Below, in pieces: positions 62,395-64,000 of a DNA stretch of 64,000 nt. The stretch comes from Balanoglossus misakiensis. Its lineage: Eukaryota > Animalia > Hemichordata. Each line of letters starts with the position of its first letter. Position 1 is the first letter of the stretch. The notes beneath the pieces were generated by a model that saw only the letters and a program-made list of their open reading frames with translations, was not told where the DNA came from and did not search any database. Location of the stretch: positions 1,656,831 to 1,720,830 of the forward strand of contig CM082578.2 in assembly GCA_040954595.2 (NCBI GenBank), written 5' to 3'. The translations under genes were made by a program, and so were the position numbers.

Positions 62395-62790
62395 TGGTTT
62401 TGTGTAGGAAATTGTGATCACTATGATTGTACGGTATGTCACATTTAAATGTACATATCAAATGGGAGCACAGTGTCTTTGATGCTATTTTTTATATCTT
62501 TTCAGTTTATCTCCTTTGCAACAGAAGATGGGGCTGATCAAGTGTCTGTATACGATGGCGCTGAACTGAATCCCGTCCTCCGACTTGCTTTATTTTCTGG
62601 GATGGAGTTACCCAATGTCATCATATCTTCCAAAAGTGTGATGAGAGTTGACTTTAAGAGTGATGATGCAGTTACAATGAGAGGTTTTCATGCACATTAC
62701 TGGGCAGGTAGGTAACGCATTCAAATTGATCAAGATGTTGTTTGAATGAAGAGGCAATCAAGGATTCATGATACAAGAGAACAATGTTTT

Positions 62791-63100
62791 ATAGGGACAA
62801 AGTCTCTCTCTCTCTACCCTTTTTCCAGGAATTATGATGATACAATACAGCATTTATGTTATTCTACATGTGGATATATAGTGAATGAACATTCAACCAC
62901 ACACAACTTCCATCCCACTTGTAGACATAAGAGTGAAAAAACTCGCCAAAATGAAAAATCGGTCTCTACCGTTTATTCATTTTGGCAAGATTTTTACTCT
63001 CATATCCTACAAACGGGATGGAAGTTGTGCGTGGTTGAATGTTCATTCACTATATATCCACATGTAGAATTACATAAACAGTGTCTTGTATCAAACATAG
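62791..63100. mobile_element. AGGGACA-family MITE (right end interrupted)
   Basis: Homologous to 35485-35783. Confidence 0.7.
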
Positions 63101-63129
63101 TTATAGTGCAGGAGCTAAACCCAAAATTT

Positions 63130-63390
63130 GGGCATAATTGTGCACTTTGGGTTAAAAGCATGAAACTTGGTACACTTATGCATTGACCCATGGCGGCCAT
63201 TTTCTGATATGGATCCAAAACGACAGCGCCCTCTAGCGGCCAGAAACAGACATTTATACTTTAAAATTGTACACTTCGGGTTAAAAGCATGAAATTTGGT
63301 ACAATTATTCATTGACCCATGGCGGACATTTTCCAATATGGATCCAAAAAGACAGCGCCCTCTAGTGGCTAGAAACTGACATTTACACTT
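63130..63390. repeat. Two-copy ~128-bp tandem repeat
   Basis: GGGTTAAAAGCATGAAA...ATGGATCCAAAA.GACAGCGCCCTCTAG.GGC.AGAAAC occurs twice. Confidence 0.8.
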
Positions 63391-64000
63391 TCCCCCCCAT
63401 TAATGACACTTTTTGGGCAAGTTTAACACTCAGAGACAGAAATGTGGGTTGTAAAACATGCTTGCTGCCATACATTCCTTTTAATATTATCCTAATCCTG
63501 ATGTACATGTATCAGATCAATCTTGTATGTTACTAATTGAACGATTTGTTCTTCGAAATAACAGACCAGTTTTATTCACAAAGTCATGCAAAGGGGTAAG
63601 ACAACACCTCTTCTCCAGAAAGTCAAGGGTTCTCGAGAATACAGGCAGCTCCTAAAGAACATGTGCTGTGAGAAACCTAGCAAAGCTATATCAAACCAAC
63701 AGAATCCCAGTGGAAATCAAGTTAGACAACTCTTAGTCAAGCCCAAGAAAAGAGTCAACCACAGGAAATCAGTTGCAAAAAGTCATACACATGTTTCTGT
63801 AGGTGCTTTAGATCTAGTCTTGCAGCAGTGGTCATTGTTACTGTGAAGGAAGATGTCATCAAGATTGATCTGATACATGCATATCAGGATTAGGATAATA
63901 TACACATGAATGTATGATACCAACCATGTTTTACAACCCATATTCCTGTTTCTGAGTGTTACAAATTACCAAAAAGTGCCATTAATGGGGAAAGTGTGAA

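Larger units (their letters stand above)
56920..62707 (+). pseudogene. Host multi-exon gene fragment: C-type lectin (part), LDLa, CUB, CUB; nonsense codon in CUB1
   Basis: GT-AG exons 56920-57038 (GGHLTVI..EN..GWIG), 59553-59657 ([25 protein letters not shown]), 60443-60576, 61124-61325 (TAG at 61316), 61553-61704 and 62506-62707. Confidence 0.8.

Overview
Eukaryotic (marine-invertebrate-like; organism is an inference) repeat-dense window made almost entirely of nested transposable elements. 1-16.9 kb is a Helentron (PIF1 helicase fused to an AP-like endonuclease). Its ORF is split by a young, intact Bel/Pao LTR retrotransposon (348-bp LTRs starting TA, AATGT TSD), and its terminal region holds two nested non-autonomous Helentron derivatives. 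16.9-23.3 kb is a 4-copy ~1.6-kb tandem array. 23.3-26.0 kb is a foldback-like element with inverted 69-bp arrays that carries a Bel/Pao 5' fragment. 26-33.6 kb holds Harbinger (MADF), LINE, hAT and HINE remnants. 40.8-55.9 kb is a ~15-kb ISL2EU-like (PIF/Harbinger-related) element with convergent spliced SAP-SWIM-YqaJ and THAP-DDE genes, both disrupted by MITEs, palindromic elements and a CR1-like LINE. 56.9-62.7 kb holds exons of a host C-type lectin/LDLa/CUB/CUB gene with a nonsense codon, with a two-exon GDAP2 3' fragment inside one intron. No rRNA, tRNA or CRISPR was found. All calls come from reading the sequence by eye; no database searches were run.
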